Source: Phoronis australis
Lineage: Eukaryota; Animalia; Phoronida
Reading direction: 5' to 3'
Assembly: GCA_002633005.1 (NCBI GenBank)
Contig: NMRA01000004.1
Coordinates: forward strand, 439,846 to 503,845
DNA length: 64,000 bases
The stretch's first letter is position 1, and each line of letters starts with the position of its first letter. The notes beneath the pieces are model-generated. The model had not been told where the DNA came from. It ran no database searches and saw only the letters and a program-made list of their open reading frames with translations. The position numbers and the translations under genes are program-made. Of the stretch, positions 1 to 14,955 are shown in pieces.

Positions 1-581
1 ACCAGCTGGGTCTGAAAACAATATGATTGAACTATACTAAGACATGAACAGAATCTCCTCCAGTGAGAATTAAAATTTATTGACTAAAGCTGCACTTCCA
101 AGCAAATACAGTAGAAACAAATTTTGGATTTGATCACATTTGCCAGAAGATACCAGGAGCTTCCAAAAGTACGTCCATATTTACAAAATATCGTGTGTCT
201 TTTAATTATGTTGCTAGGTCAGTTACTGTATCTATGTTCAGGTGAGAGTAGAGTTTTGTTCAGAAAGTATGAACGCATCGAAATAAAGACCGTGAATAAT
301 GAAAAGTGTCGTGCATTTAACAAATTCTGTTTAACAGAAAACTTGCTCCCGAAGTACACTCATATTTATAAGAACATACATTTTGGGATGCAATTAGATA
401 AAGAGTGACAGACACAAAAAACAATAGTGTTAATATGGTAAAATAAACACTGAAAGCAAAACATATTAGATAATCTGCTAGTGTTAGTGTTTATTCCCAG
501 GTGAAAGCACATTTTCTGCAATCATATTCTATTTCTAGGGTTTGGTAGTCCTCGCCAATATGTTCAAACAGTAACACCTAC

Positions 582-774
582 CTGTATTTAGGAAGCCAAA
601 GGGTGATGGGCAACTTCTTACGCATGTTCTGCAATGTACATGCCTTGCGCGCGTACCCCTTGATTCTGTCGCCCACTGACATCTTTTTGCTCTCTGTGTC
701 CACAGGGGGCTCTGTAAATCTCACCTCACCATTCTGTTCAACACCTCCACTGAAACGAGTAAGGTTTGTGTTAG
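582..774 (-). CDS. SLC26A11: 5' coding exon of an SLC26A11-like sodium-independent sulfate/anion transporter; gene continues beyond the left edge
   Basis: Encodes MSVGDRIKGYARKACTLQNMRKKLPITLWLPKY, matching the SLC26 pre-TM1 motif (human SLC26A11 RRLPILAWLPSY). Acceptor ttttcag at 775-776, donor AG|gtaggt at 581. Candidate Met at 682; the true start exon is unresolved. Confidence 0.75.
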
Positions 775-3700
775 CTGAAAAAGTCCTCACAACAACAGCG
801 GAGACTCATCTGGTATGTGTGTGCGTGTGCGTGCTTCTGCGCCCAGAGCACTAAAATGGAGGTATTGGAAAGAATTTGGTGATCCTAAAATAAAGTTAAG
901 CAATGATTCTCTAAATACAATTTTGGTAGAAATACCTAACCCATTAGATTCCCATGGTAGATACTGATAAAATGCAATTACATTCCATTTTTGGTAGAAA
1001 ATGCTCAAAAACAGTCAAGTCCCCATAACTGCAAGTACCTTCTGGTTGTATTGACTTGGGCTCCTATATTACTAACAAGAGATATCAGCAACAAAGAGTG
1101 ATCCCAAACATTCAAACAGTGATGCTGCAGATAACATTAACTTCAGTAATGTTTTAGTTAGCTAACTGTTGTCCAACTTTTGGACTCCCCACTTTGAAGT
1201 TTAAATTTCGGAACCTTACGTTCTGAATCCAGGATCGGCCCTGCTACTGACCCGAGGTCAATCAATATCACTGTGACTTGACTATTTCATAAAGCCTGAT
1301 CCGTTTGTTTATCTATGACAAAATCACAGGTGGACTATGACAAGTGCAAAGAGTCAGTGTAACAGAAGAAAAGGACCACCAACACAAAAATTTCATACCT
1401 GGAAGAAACAGGTTTGGGTAGCACCTCCATAAGCCGTAATGAGGGCTAATATCACGAGGTGAACTTTGGCAAGGAGATAGCCAAGTTAAACAAACGGTCC
1501 CTATTGCCCAACAACACACACCCACAGTCTCACAAGAAGGTGGCCCCAGACTGAATGATGGAGAAGAAAAAAACGCCCGAGATAAAGAGTCTCGTGCACT
1601 GATTGTGTCCAGGAACCAGAATGATAAAACACAGTCATCCTCTTTATCCCTAGGAAAAATATCAGCAGACACTACAGAGAATGTGAAAATAAAAATGCAG
1701 AAGTTAACGTATGCATTTATCACTTGGCCAACTTAATAAGGTAATAAGTTTGAAATATTTGGAAATGCATGCAAAAACTAGAACAAGAAATAAACACAAA
1801 GCACAATTCTCCAATTTAGTTTTAACAATATTATTGTCTTGCAAAAAGAATCAGAATTTTGTTTTGCTAAATACTTCCATTCTCCCACTGTGACAGGAGG
1901 TTAAGTCAATTTGCTTGGACTATAAATAACATCTTGACATTCAGAGAGCAGATAGCCATCTTGCTTTCTCTGTTTACTTTCCCTACAACAAGGCATGTTG
2001 TATAATCTGTCAACAAACATGTACCTTGTCAGTACAGTTTAACTTTGCCCCAGATACCCCCAAAGGAGACCCACAGGCAAACAAAACATGCAGCAACCTG
2101 AAAAAATATTTAAAGGCTACTTGAAATGTGTTTGGTTTTAATGTACTTAGTACAACAGTCGTCATCACTTCTATTTAAAGCATACAGTCTGTTCTTGGTG
2201 TGTCATGAACGCTTTCCTTTAAAGCAACACATTACCAAAAGTATAACAATTACAAATCTAAACTGGACTACAAAAGATAAGATTTTTGAAGGTGAATGCA
2301 AGCTGTTGTGGACAAATTTGAAATGAAAGACGAAAAACAGTCAAGTCTCAAATAATACTACATTTTCCTTTAAAAAAGCTTTGTTAAACAGGAAAGCTAC
2401 AAATGATTTTTGGTTTTCAAACTTGACAAAACCTTCTTGAAAATTCAGAATACTATAATATTGATATTTGGCAGTTTCTCTGTATCCTTCATTTCATTTC
2501 ATTTCATTCAAGCAAAAAAAATCTGCCCCTGAGGTGTTCCAGAAACCACTTGATTTTTGCCCTTAAGATATGGTGTCAATGACCCTTACATGGTTTAAAG
2601 ACACAGTGGGATGTGGTTGCACATATGTATAACAATGTACCATCAATAACCATTTCCTGCAATAGCCATTTCCCGAAATACGACAGTACCCTCTCAGATT
2701 CCGCAGTCTTTACCCACAATACTGTAGGTAAATAGAGCATCTGCCCACAGTTGTACACTTTTGCTGTGATAATTGTTCTAACTGTTAGTTCATATCAAAA
2801 TTGGTTTGCTCTTCGGGATAAGGGAATCAAAAGCCATACCTAAATGCCCGAGGATGTTGGGATATTCAGTGTAAATTCATTGTTCTGACCTGTACAGGCC
2901 TCAGGCCTGTACCACAACATTGTACAAGTTGAGAACAGGCAAGGACAGACACTGTGGTACCCAGATACTTGATGGATTGTGTAAAACAGAATTCATATTA
3001 TTTCAAACAATACACTTGGTCAATATCATCGCAGCCTTACTCATGACCAAGAGTCATAACATGCTGTAGTACTTGAACTCATCAAAGTGCATTATCAGGA
3101 ACCCAGCAAGCTCATAAAAAGAAGAATGATCTTGCACAATCAAAATCGAATTGTTCTGACTTTCTATTGATGCACAGCCATGCACCTGAGGTCACTAAAT
3201 GTAAGAAGTAAACAATCAATATAATTTTTTTTGCCTAAAACGTGGAAATGTGTCAGATTGGTAAAAACTAAACGAATAAAATCAAATTCTACAGGATTTC
3301 TCCTTTGAGTAAATATGTACTTTAGTTAAAATGTATTTGTTTTGTAGTTTTGTGCAGACGTGTCGCAACGGTCCTGCATAGCCTAAATTTGCGCTGAGTC
3401 ATGTCACAAATGAACTTAAAAACTTAAAAAAAAACTGGTCGTTACCTTAGGCTGAATCTAGGTCGGGGATTACATGAAATATGTCAAAAGCAGTGACTAA
3501 GATAACCCAGAGACAAGAGTTGACAATAACTTCCTCAAGCGTCCATAAAAACCAATGAAGGCACACACCTCAGTTGTCATCAACATCTAAAAGTCAGGGG
3601 GTGTGTACCTCAACTGCGTCCAAATGTTATCATGTAACAGGTGCACTTACATTGCCTCCCTCCACCAATTCCAACCATGAGATTTCCCGTACTAATGACC

Positions 3701-4460
3701 TGCTTTGATACATTAAGTCTTCTTCACTGGATCCTCTCAGTATTCTAAGAGTGAGCTCTCATCAATCAATATCCCTCAATGGTGGGGGATATCGCAGTTA
3801 TTAAACGCGTAATTACTTTTCAGTGGCAATAATTGATCAAAACCGGCAGTACATGTTTAACGTCAAACATATGTATTTCCCTTCAGTTCCAAACAGACAA
3901 TTAATTTAACAGGCGGCAAATGACGGCTAAATGAAACTCAGAAATCATAAATCTGAGAAATCTTGTGATGAGCACTGTGGCCTCTATCTTTTAGCAACAT
4001 GACTCACAGGACGTACTCGCATCAGGAAAGTCGACATCATTTTTGTTCTTCACCAGTTCGCTTAGAAGCAGGAATAAACTCTTATTTCATAACAAAAAAC
4101 AAGTTTTTATTTGGCCACTGACAGTTTGGAAATTGGTTTCAAATTGCTCCTTATCAATCCCCATTGCTTCCTGAAAGTCTCCCATTGTCAGCAAGACTAA
4201 AAATCTCTTCAAACCTTGATAAGGAACAACTCGAGCCCAATTTTACAGTGGCAAGTGGTTTGAATAAAAATGCATATTCTTTGCTTGACTGTTTTATTCC
4301 CGCTTTATGACATCTTGAAGTACTTTTTGGAAACCTTACCAATTTAGGACACAGAGAAGTAATGAAGTTACAGGCCTCGCCATACAGCTCCACCAGTCCA
4401 CCATCATCATACAAACTTATTTGAAGAGCTGTTGGCATTCACAATATTCTTGGAAGGCCT

Positions 4461-5759
4461 AACAAGAGCAACGCGGAGCGTTGAAATGCGCCCACGAATG
4501 TATCGCAAATGGTGTGCTTTTAGAGTTATTTGTATCATAAAAATGGCCACTAGAATGCGCAAAAACGTACAATCCATCCAAAAACGGGAACATGCCATAT
4601 TTCATAAAAATTTGTCAAGGAACTTCAGAGAAACAAAGGAAAACAGAACAAAATGAAATTGCCACTTGTGGGCACAGCGTCCGTTCCATCCGCCTGAGTC
4701 GTCGTCCTTTATCTTCATATAAATTCACTTACTAACTTTAATCAAGATCCTGTAGTGGGTTTTGAAGATACAGCTGTGGGCGCAAAACAAAAAACTACCA
4801 CTAGGAGGCGCCACAGTAGTCAGTCACCATCATCAAACATCCTCTTCACATTGAAAACATGTACGCAAATTTTCAAAACCGTCCCTAGAATGATTTGGTT
4901 GATCAAGGGGTGGACGTCAAAAACAAGATTTGAAAACAGCAAAAATGGCCACCAGGTAGTGCAAAATACCTCGATTCCATCCAAAAACAGGATGATAGTG
5001 TCATCTCACCAATAGATGCCTATAATCAAAATTTTATGAAAATCAGTTGAGGACATTTGAAGATACAGACTGCTAAACATAAAAAATAAAATTGCCACTA
5101 GGTGGCACACCAGTAGTCAAATCCGTCTGAAAGTCGTCATCCTCCGTTGTTAACATCATATCAATACACTTACTAAATTTAGTAAAGATCCTACGAATGG
5201 TTTAGGGGATACAGCCATAGGCACAAAAAAACAAAACTGCCACTAGGAGGCGCCACAGTAGTCAAAGTCGTCAGAAAATCATCGTCAGCTGTCCACTTTA
5301 TAGTAAGAACATACATGCCAATTTTCACAATCATCCTTTGAGTGGTTTGGTTGGTAGAGAGGTGGACGCAAAGAAACAGAAAAAAAACAGTAAAAAATGG
5401 CCACTAGGTGGCGCAAACTATATCAAATCCATCTGAAAACGAAAGGATAGCATCATCTCCTTAATAGGTGTCTATATACCAAATTTTATGAAAATCCGTT
5501 CAGGACTTTTTAAGATACAGAGGTAAACGTAAAAAATTAAAATTGCCACTAGGGGACACACCAGTAGTCGGATCTGTCCGAAAGTTCGCTCATGCCGTCC
5601 CATGCACAGAAGGAACACATGTGCAAAATTTCATGAACATAAAAAAGGCGTTTTGGAGATAGAGCAGTGGACGCCAGACGCCAGACGGATGGAGGCCGGA
5701 GGGACGGACGGAGATGACGGCATAATGCGTCCACATATAAATATGTGGGCGCATAAAAA
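4461..5759 (-). mobile_element. Non-autonomous Helentron/DINE-1-like element (HINE), copy 1
   Basis: Read on the minus strand: T-run, subTIR ATGCGCCCAC with adjacent partial inverted copy, GTCC/GTCT microsatellite, internal repeats (gccactaggtggcgc), then 3' subTIR GTGGGCGCAT, stem-loop caacgctccgcgttg and ctcttgtt. Homologous to 13668-14955 and 35958-38154. Confidence 0.75.
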
Positions 5760-8244
5760 GGATTTGGTAAATTGATAATTTCTAAAATTCAGACAATAAA
5801 ATTTACCAAAATCCTGAAAACCAGTTAATCAATTGCTAAAGAGGATGTCAGGAACATTTTACATGAATTGAAAAACTACAAAAACAAGGTTGCAAATTGC
5901 CATTGAGTTGGGTTTGAGTTCTTATTGAAGTTACAGCATAAAATAAGAAGAGCAAAAATGTTTGGATAAATATCAGTTGATGAACAAACAGCTTGTCAAG
6001 GCTAGAGAAGGCAGATGATATAGAAATCAATGTACAACCGGATGCAAATTATGCAGCAAAATTAAAAAGTTAGCAAACTGTGGTTACTTTCTCTAAGCAG
6101 TCACGCAATAAAGGTTTTAATGTTTTTTCTGTTCATTAAATTTTTTTTTGGAATTCAGTTCATTTTTTTGTACAAAGAATTCCACTTTATGATATAATGC
6201 GTGCGTATTAACATTGGTTGCACAACTAAAAATAATGAAGTTACCTACCACATACCATGCACTTCAGACATAAACAGCTAGTGCGATGACGCATTAGTTA
6301 GCATTCAAAATCATGGGATTGCGACTCCTATGCAGTCACAGATAAGATTGTATCTATGTAAATTTAGAACTTTTTATCATTTCTTTATCATTTTATTGAT
6401 GCCCTTGAGCATTAAAATTTAAGCCAGCTATTAGCAAAATTCTGTCATGTCCACACTATGAGTTACATTGAACAATGAGCTAAATACAGAGCTTATAGCC
6501 TAGAACAACTTGCCCAACAGCACATCATCCCTGTTCACTTGAACATCCACACTACTGGTACACACCCTATACCTTGCAATAATTATGTCACATACAGGAT
6601 TAGACATTGTATGTATTAACTGAGCAATCGCCCAAATTGCGATTTGTGGGACAAGTTAAGGTAAGACAATTTACCCTATCTAGATAAGGTGAGGTGAGTT
6701 GTCACAAATATGTCAAATTGCACAACACAAATAGCGTCCGCATAACTACTATACCTAGCAACAACTCATTCCAGGGATAACTTGTTCTAGAGTAACTCAT
6801 TGTGTAGACGGCACTTAAAAAGCCATGTTATATCAAACTCATTCTCAGAATGCCTGATGGCTAGCTGGGAGCCGTCTACAGGGATCTTACTCGGATTGTA
6901 GTGAGTTAATAGTCGATTATAACTCCCATATTTAAGAACTTATTGAGAACTACCTCATAGTGACATGGTCCTTACATCTGATCTAAAACTATGGCAAGGC
7001 TAAGGCAATTCAGAATTTACAAAATAATGTCATCATGTTACGTTAAAGGTAATAATTGGAAATTGAACCACATACAGGGAGCTAAGATTGCCATTTGGGA
7101 TAATAGGTGCAACCAGAGTCGCATGGAAACGAACCAACAAGAGAAAAAATTGTGCCACACCTGTTGAAATATGAGAATGGTAAAGTTTCCTCAAATTCAA
7201 ACAAAAACAATTGCCAAATAATTTCTGATTCTTCAAAAGCTGAATGGACTGCTAGAAATTCTCAAACTTCACTGTATTGTTGATAACAGCTGTTCATTGT
7301 TAGCTGTGCAAATAATGAAGTGCAGTTTTCTTCCTCATTTTTGTTGAAAATTTCAAAAGTAACATCAAGTTACATTATTCTGCCACACTGTGTTCATAAT
7401 GAAACAAAACATTATATCTAGAGGACTAAACCAAAAAGGATATAAATTTCCAACAGGATGAGCTTTTCTAGGGGATGTAAATTATTCATCTTTTTAACAA
7501 GTTCAAGAAATAATCCTCACTCTTCTTGTACCAATTGCATTAGGCGTGAAACAGCTGTTAACAAAGTACAAAGTTCTAAAATTAATTCAATAAAATAGTT
7601 ATGAAATGATCCGCAGGAGTCAAATTCTCCAAATTGTTGAAATGAAGGTAGTTTGTTTGCAGAGGGCTTGCAATACCACCCATGGTGAAAAACATTACAC
7701 AATCAACCCCTCAGCTGAGGTAAAGGTGATAAGTTATCATCTCAGACTTTCATTCAGGTGTGTTCCAGGTATATCAATGAATAAACATCACACACTATTT
7801 CAATGGCCATTATCACTCATCTAGTAATGAAGTATGCTTTGCAAAATTCTACATAAATCCTTTTCTTGTATCACATAACATGCTGTTCAATATTCCATTT
7901 CAATATTTAAGACAGAACAGTTTTTCAAAGAATTGAAAACACCTGACAAGTAAGCCAACTCTGGAATAGCATTACTAAGGCAACAAAACACATTTTCTCG
8001 AGATTAGCTACAATAAATTAATGTTGTGCTAAAAGTTGACATCCACTATAAATTGTCAAGCTTAAAGTAGCAGCTTTTGTACAAATAAATTTTGCTTTAG
8101 AATAATAAATACATTTAATTTCAAAAAAGTGGATAAAATTTGTACTTGATTTCACTTTCAGTCACTTTACTCATACACATTACCCTTTAAAGACCCATAC
8201 TTTAAACACAGTCATCTGACACTAAATAATTTCATAAGGTTGGT

Positions 8245-8348
8245 AGTCAGCTAGAGTACAAATTGATTGTTTCTTATTTTCACGACCAGAAAAGTGACAC
8301 TTTTCTGGTCGTGAAAATAAGAAACCATCAATTTATAGTCATCTGACT
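8245..8348. repeat. Near-perfect palindrome (collapsed MITE or hairpin)
   Basis: Perfect 28-bp arms at 8269-8296 and 8298-8325 around a 1-nt centre, extending imperfectly to agtcag...ctgact. Confidence 0.85.
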
Positions 8349-11300
8349 TAAGTAAAATTTTGTCTCAAGCTACAATAAGAAATGAAGACCAAATATCCAC
8401 TATATTCATACAATAGTTACAGCCTAATATTGCTCAAGTGGATGTATTCCAATAGTCAAATGAACGCATGTGACTTGGTCCTAACTTAAGAAATCAAATC
8501 AAGATAAACAGGTGTGATTTTTACAGCAAAATCTCCACCTGACATAGCAATCATCCCACCTGTCAAGGTGTTTCATCATGATAACCTCTGCACTTTTTGC
8601 AACCATCGCTTAGAACTACAACAGCAAAAGTCTTAGTCTCATTTAAGCCAACGGCCTCTTAAATAGGCCCCTGAGATGACACCCCAGCTTGTTGATAATC
8701 AGTGAAATCACAACTTGTACACAACCTTATCTAGCTTAGCTTGCGTACAAGGGTGGTCGACACTTGGAGATAGGTCAGTGATAAGACTAATAAAGGCGTA
8801 CCTGCGAAGAAAACGGTTTTGTTTACACCTGTAAATGCGTAAATGTTAAACAATGTTGAAGTCTTAGTCATCATTTACAATTGCATTGAACTATTTGAAA
8901 AATCTAAATTCTGGAAGAATACAGCAAGACTTTTTTTGTAAAGAATTGAAAATTGTTCAAAGCAATATACCAAGAAGTCAAAATCATCAAATTCAAGCCA
9001 AAATAAATAGTTTGCAACTCTAGGTGAATCTAGTCATAGTAGCAAACATGAACCTCACACTGTGGAGCCCTTAGGGTTTATACTGTGTATGTTCACTATA
9101 CCTAAGGTTATGTAAGACCTTATCAACAAGCCCATGTATTCAGTCAAATATCTACAAAACTGTTATAAATTCTAAGTCAGTAAATGCATATAGTTTTTGA
9201 AAGAAGAAGGCATGTGAAATTTGATTTTTGATTTTTTACTTGTATGCCACTTAGAGGGTCATGGGATCGTGCCTTTTTATTCAAATTTAGAAAAACAAAA
9301 GAAAAATACCTTGATAACAGAACAATGGTATCAATACTATGATCAAATATCATGATAAAAACCTTCAAGAGACCTCAATATCACTATTACAGTTTTCTAA
9401 AATATCATTTCATTTTTGTTTTATACTGATTTTTTTAATGAAAATCATAAAAGTCCTATTTCTGATAGTCGCTCAAGCTAAGTGAAACATTCTAAAGACA
9501 ACAATTCCTAACAGCATCTTAGAGAACAATGCATAGAGCATAGTTTCATGCAAATCCAATCAGCAATTTCTGAGTTATGATGTTCCATGAATCAAATCTT
9601 AATAAATAGACGGTTTCAAACAACTTAGGTTTTTAAAATTGAAAGTATTTGGCAATCTTCTACAATGTAAACAAATTTTGCTAGATTTATAAATGGATGC
9701 CAATATTCACCAAGAAACTGAGCTAAAACAAAGTGTCAAACAATCTTAAGTTTTTTTAAATTGAAATTACACAAATGGCAAAATTTAAACAGGGTCAGTT
9801 CAGAATCATTTGAATATCATTAACAAATCTGAGTCTGTCAGAAGGCAATGCACCTATGAATTCTTCCAATATTTATGACACCAAAATAAAAAGTTAAGGT
9901 CATAAATAAAAATCCTATGAGCTAATGAGAAGACAATTTTGGTTATTTACAAGCTGAGTAGTCACATATCTTGTTAAGGTAATGTTACCAACTTCCTTCT
10001 TGGGTATCTTAGTAACAGTTAATCAACAAAAAAACTTTGTGGTCAACAAAGTTCTGATCAAAATCTTTTTCAATGAATTGGCTGTTGACAAACATTGTGA
10101 TGACAGTTTCGAGGACGTCAAAGTATCAGATTTAACCAACTCTTGAGGTCATCAGTTCTAAAAATAGCATCATAGTCATTCATGCAAAAATTGGTACTAC
10201 TACCATGAGATAAAAGCTGAAAAGGTGCCAAAACAATTGTTTTGAATGGATATGAGTTTAGATGTAAATTTAAAGTTTTATGTTTACGGTGAATGGTTTC
10301 AAAAAGCCAACATTTGAATGACACTGTTAAACTGCTATTGCTGTTCTCAATGTAGTTGGCAACAAATAAAAAGACCGAGTAAAATATCACAAATTTTGGA
10401 CACAATAATTACCAAAGTTACCCTCTCTTAATTTTTTAAGGGCTTCTAACATTGTTCTGAAAGTCCACAAAATGTTTTCTGATGGACCTTAACATGGAAA
10501 TGCAAAAATTTCAGACTACATAACTTTTATGGAAAAAATTAGAAAATAAAATTTCCCTTGGCCACCATATTCATTGTGTCTAAATTGGTGACATTTTATC
10601 GATTTACCGTACCAAACCTTTTGGATCAAAAAGAAAGAACACAAGCCATCTACACCTTTTTCACAAATCTTTCCTTAGATTACATTCCACTCCAAGACTT
10701 TCTCTCTAGAGGACAAGCCTGCCCCATCTCTGGGAGGATGCCAAAGAGGGATATACAGAGAATTAACCAGCACTGGTCAGCGGTCAGAGGTCAGCCACTG
10801 TTGCTGCAGTCAAAAAGGAATGTTGCTAGGAGACATGATAAGTTAATTTATCACAATGCAGTTCCTGAGACATGATTACCAGGTATTCAATTTTCAAAAA
10901 GTTTGCATACAGATATATTTAATGGGCAATACTATGTAAGTTTTCTTGTTACTTGTTTTGTGCCTTTCTATTTATAACAGAGATAATGTTTACAGTGGTT
11001 TTCATTGTGGAACATTTCACAACATGTAATAAGCAAGTATTGTTACTGTAAAGGGGGAACAACTTAAACAGCATTGTATACATGTCATGACTTTTTGCTT
11101 ATATTCACATTTCTTTGTATCAGTGTACCAAATTAAAATGGTCAAAACCCATCAAATAATTCTGTACACAACAGGTACTGAGATAAAAGCTTATATGAGG
11201 CATATTTACATTAACAGAATGCACAGTTCAGACATTTTTATAGCCAGGTTCTCTACGAAATCCCTAAAAAAGATTCATTAATGGGTTAGGAACTCTACAA

Positions 11301-12424
11301 AAAATCAATTTTGTCATAGAACTCTGCAAACATATTTCACACTATAATTTGGTTTGTCATGTTAAAATCATGTTAAAACTATAATCCACTTAAAACAATA
11401 TTATATTATGAAAAAATATTGCAAAAGGATGAATTTTGCATAGAAGCTCTCAACAAATGGGTCCCTTTTAGTTGTTCTGATTCTCTAAAAGGTTAAAGGT
11501 TAATCTAGCCAACTCTTTAACAGGTTGGGTATCCCCATCAAAATATATCTGAGTACTTGGGGTGGTAAGAAAGCACCACAGTTCCAACCCACTATAGTCA
11601 TTATGCATCTCCACTTTACTACCTTACAGAGATGTGAGTAAGTGGTGGTTTGGTACCAGAAGTTCCTCTACAATAGAGTTTCATGTAGCAGATATGAACA
11701 ATGACAGCTCCCTGAGCATTTTAAGGGGGGAGGGTGTCAGCTATTGTAAGTTGGGTTGCTACTCGCACACATTTGATGCACTGGAGCAATGTTTCAACAT
11801 CAACTTTAAGCATTGTTCAAAATCGCACAACCACCCAAACTAGAAAGACACGAGTCCCTTAAATTGTAAAAATCACAATAATCGCAGAGAGAAAACGAAA
11901 ACACTTAACTACAGCATCAGGACTGGGATATAAGGACAACAAAAACTAAAGCCACCCTACAAGCTAATAAGCCAAATAGTATTGTTCAGAATCAAGGGAG
12001 AACTGTTCAAAACACTCGAGTGTAGGGAGACAATTGTCTTGGTCAAAGTAAAAGCGACAACCAAATGGTGTTGAGCTAATTTAAACAGGCATTGCCTTTC
12101 CAACTGAACTTTTTAAACTAATAAAGATGAAAACAATGAAACACTGACTAAAGCCACACCCACGCCATAACTAAAGTTAAATCCTAAAACAAACTCACTC
12201 AACAGCAAATAGCCCTAGTAGTTCAGCAGAACATCCATACACACAGGCTCCACCATGCAATGATTATGGCGCAAAAAGGACTAGACACCCCTATGTATGT
12301 AACTGACCACGCTTGTAGCTGGTAATTACTTCTTCCTTTTCAGCAGGCTTGCCTACGCATTGCCAAGTTATACTGAGGCAAGAAACACAAGAACAACTTA
12401 ACCTACCTCATAAAGTGGCGTAAG

Positions 12425-12716
12425 CATGGGCGGCGCACTATAAGGGGCTGGGAGGCTATGGCCCCCACTTTTTCAGCGCTACGCCGCACATGGTCTATAG
12501 GCATTGCACCACGGGGGGGGGGGGGGGGGTNCCCCCACTTTTTTCAATACTACTCCGCACATGGTCTATAGGCATTGCACCATGGGGGGGTGGGGGCTGA
12601 GGGAGCTTTAGCCCCCACTTTTTTCAATACTACTCCACACATGGTCTATAGGCATTGCACCGTGGGGGGTGAGGGGGCTTTAGCCCACCACCTTTTTCAG
12701 TGCTGCTCCGCCCATG
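12425..12716. mobile_element. MITE with internal tandem units of about 80 bp
   Basis: TIR catgggcggcgca / tgctccgcccatg; internal repeats of cccccactttttc...cacatggtctataggcattgcacc; ambiguous base N at 12531 next to a G-run. Confidence 0.6.
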
Positions 12717-13667
12717 GCAAGTTGTCACACGTGTCAAGTTGCCCCAGTGAAAGTAATGTTCACACAACTACTAAACCTAGAGACAACACACTTCAGGACT
12801 AACTTGTTCCAGGGTAACTCGTAGTGTCGACAACACTAATAGTTTCGCAATTTTCTTCATCACTATAAGAACTGGATACTACCATCAAACAGAATTTCAA
12901 GTTCAGCTGTAACTGACCTGAAGTAGTCCAATCGTGGTATTGCTGGTCAACCCTATAAAAACATGCATTACTAAGGCTCCTTTTTACTTGCTCATGTCCA
13001 GAATACTCAGTTTTACGATAGAAATCGCTTTCTATCATAGTATGAAAAGGCTCCGCACAGATCTTGTGTGATTTAGTACTTTGGTTTACACATAGAGAAG
13101 GAAACGTCCTCTCACGCATCAAAGACAATTATCAGTAATCATTACAACAACAGTGGAAACAAATTATAAAATACTGAACACCAGCATACATTGGCGACTG
13201 AGGGTGAACTAATATTACAAAAAATCAGATAACCTACCACCACAAAACACAGCTATTTGGCTACAATATACCCAAATCTGTTAGTAAGGTCCTACTTAAC
13301 TTTATTTGTGACAAAATCAAATTTTGCATCTGAATCAATGAATGAAACACAGGAGTCATATTGATTTTTAAATGCGTTTCTCTAATCTCATGTGTAATTA
13401 ACATTTAAGGTAATTTGAATGCCTTTTTACTGTCGTCTGTAGATAGTATAGTTAGCCTTAGATAGTTAAGCAAAAATAAGACAATCTTATTTCAGGTTTA
13501 GTGTGGTCCAAAAATATCATTCTAGAAAAGCGATGCTTCTACAAATATACTGCATGGCTTTAAAGTATTTTCAAGAAATCAGAACTACATGTACGGTATA
13601 TAACAAACTGATTCACAATATACTTTAAGGTACCAGAATGAACTAATCATATCTTTCAACAACCTTG

Positions 13668-14955
13668 ACAAGAGCAACGCGGAGCGTTGAAATGCACCCA
13701 CGAATGCATCACAAATGTTCTTTTACGGTTATTTGTATCATTAAAATGGCCACTAGATACGCCGAATCCTCTGAAAACTAAGAAAATGTCATTGTTTCTT
13801 CAAAGAAAGCCATTTATCAACTTTAATTAAAATTTGCTGAAAAATTTTAGAGAAACAGAGGAAAACAAAAAACAATATTGCCACTAGGGGGCAAAGTGTT
13901 CATCGAATCCGTCTAAAAGTTGTCATCTTCTCTTGTTAACTTCATACACGTGCTAAATTTCATAAAGATCCTGCAGAGGGCTTAGGAGATACAGGTTTGG
14001 GTGCAAAAAAAAAACAAAACCGCGGCTAGGAGGCGCCACAGTAGTCAAAGTCATCAGAAAATCATCGGCAATCGTCCCCTTCATAGAAAGTACATACATG
14101 CCAACTTTCATAATCATCCTTAGAGTGGTTTAGTTGACAGAGGGACGAACGCCACAAAACAAAAATGGCCACTAGGTGGCGCAAAAAACCTTGAATCAAT
14201 CCGAAGATGAATGGATAGCGTCACCTCACTAATGGATGTCTATGTGCCAAATTTTATGGGAATCCGTTGAGTACCTTTGAAGATACAGCAATAAACGTAA
14301 AAATCTAAAATTAACACAAGGGCACACACCGGTAGACCGATCTGTCCGAAAGTCATTGTCGTCTGTTGTCAACTTTATATAAATACATTTGCTAAATTTA
14401 ATAAAGATCCTGTAGAGCATTTAGGAGATACAGCCATGGGCGCAAAAACAAACAAAACTGCCACGAGGAGGTGCCACAGTAGTCGAAGTCATTGGAAAAT
14501 CATCGTAAACAGTCTTCTTCATAGTAAGACCATACATGCCAATTTTCACAATCATCCTTAGAGTGGCTTGGGTGTTAGAGGAGTGAATGCCAAAAACGAC
14601 TCGAAAACAGTAAAAATGGCCACTAGATGGTGCAAAATCCATCGAAGCAATCCAAAAATGGGAGCATAGCGTCAACTCATTAATAGATGCCTATGTACCA
14701 AATTTCATGAAAATCGGTTGAAGACCTTTGAAGATAGAGGCAAACGTAAAAAACTAAAATTGCCACTAGGGGGCACAGCGGTATTTGGGTCGGTCCAAAA
14801 CTCGCCGCCCTCTGTCGTAGACCCCATAAGAATACACATGCCAAATTTCAATACAATCCTGCAAGGGGTTTAGGAGATACAGCCGCGGACGCCGGACGCC
14901 CAGACAGAGATGACGGCAATATGTGACCACATATAAATATGTAGGCGCATAAAAA
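13668..14955 (-). mobile_element. Helentron/DINE-1-like element, copy 2
   Basis: Same termini as copy 1 (acaagagcaacgcggagcgttgaaatgcacccac ... ccacatataaatatgtaggcgcataaaaa) and the same internal repeats. Confidence 0.75.
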
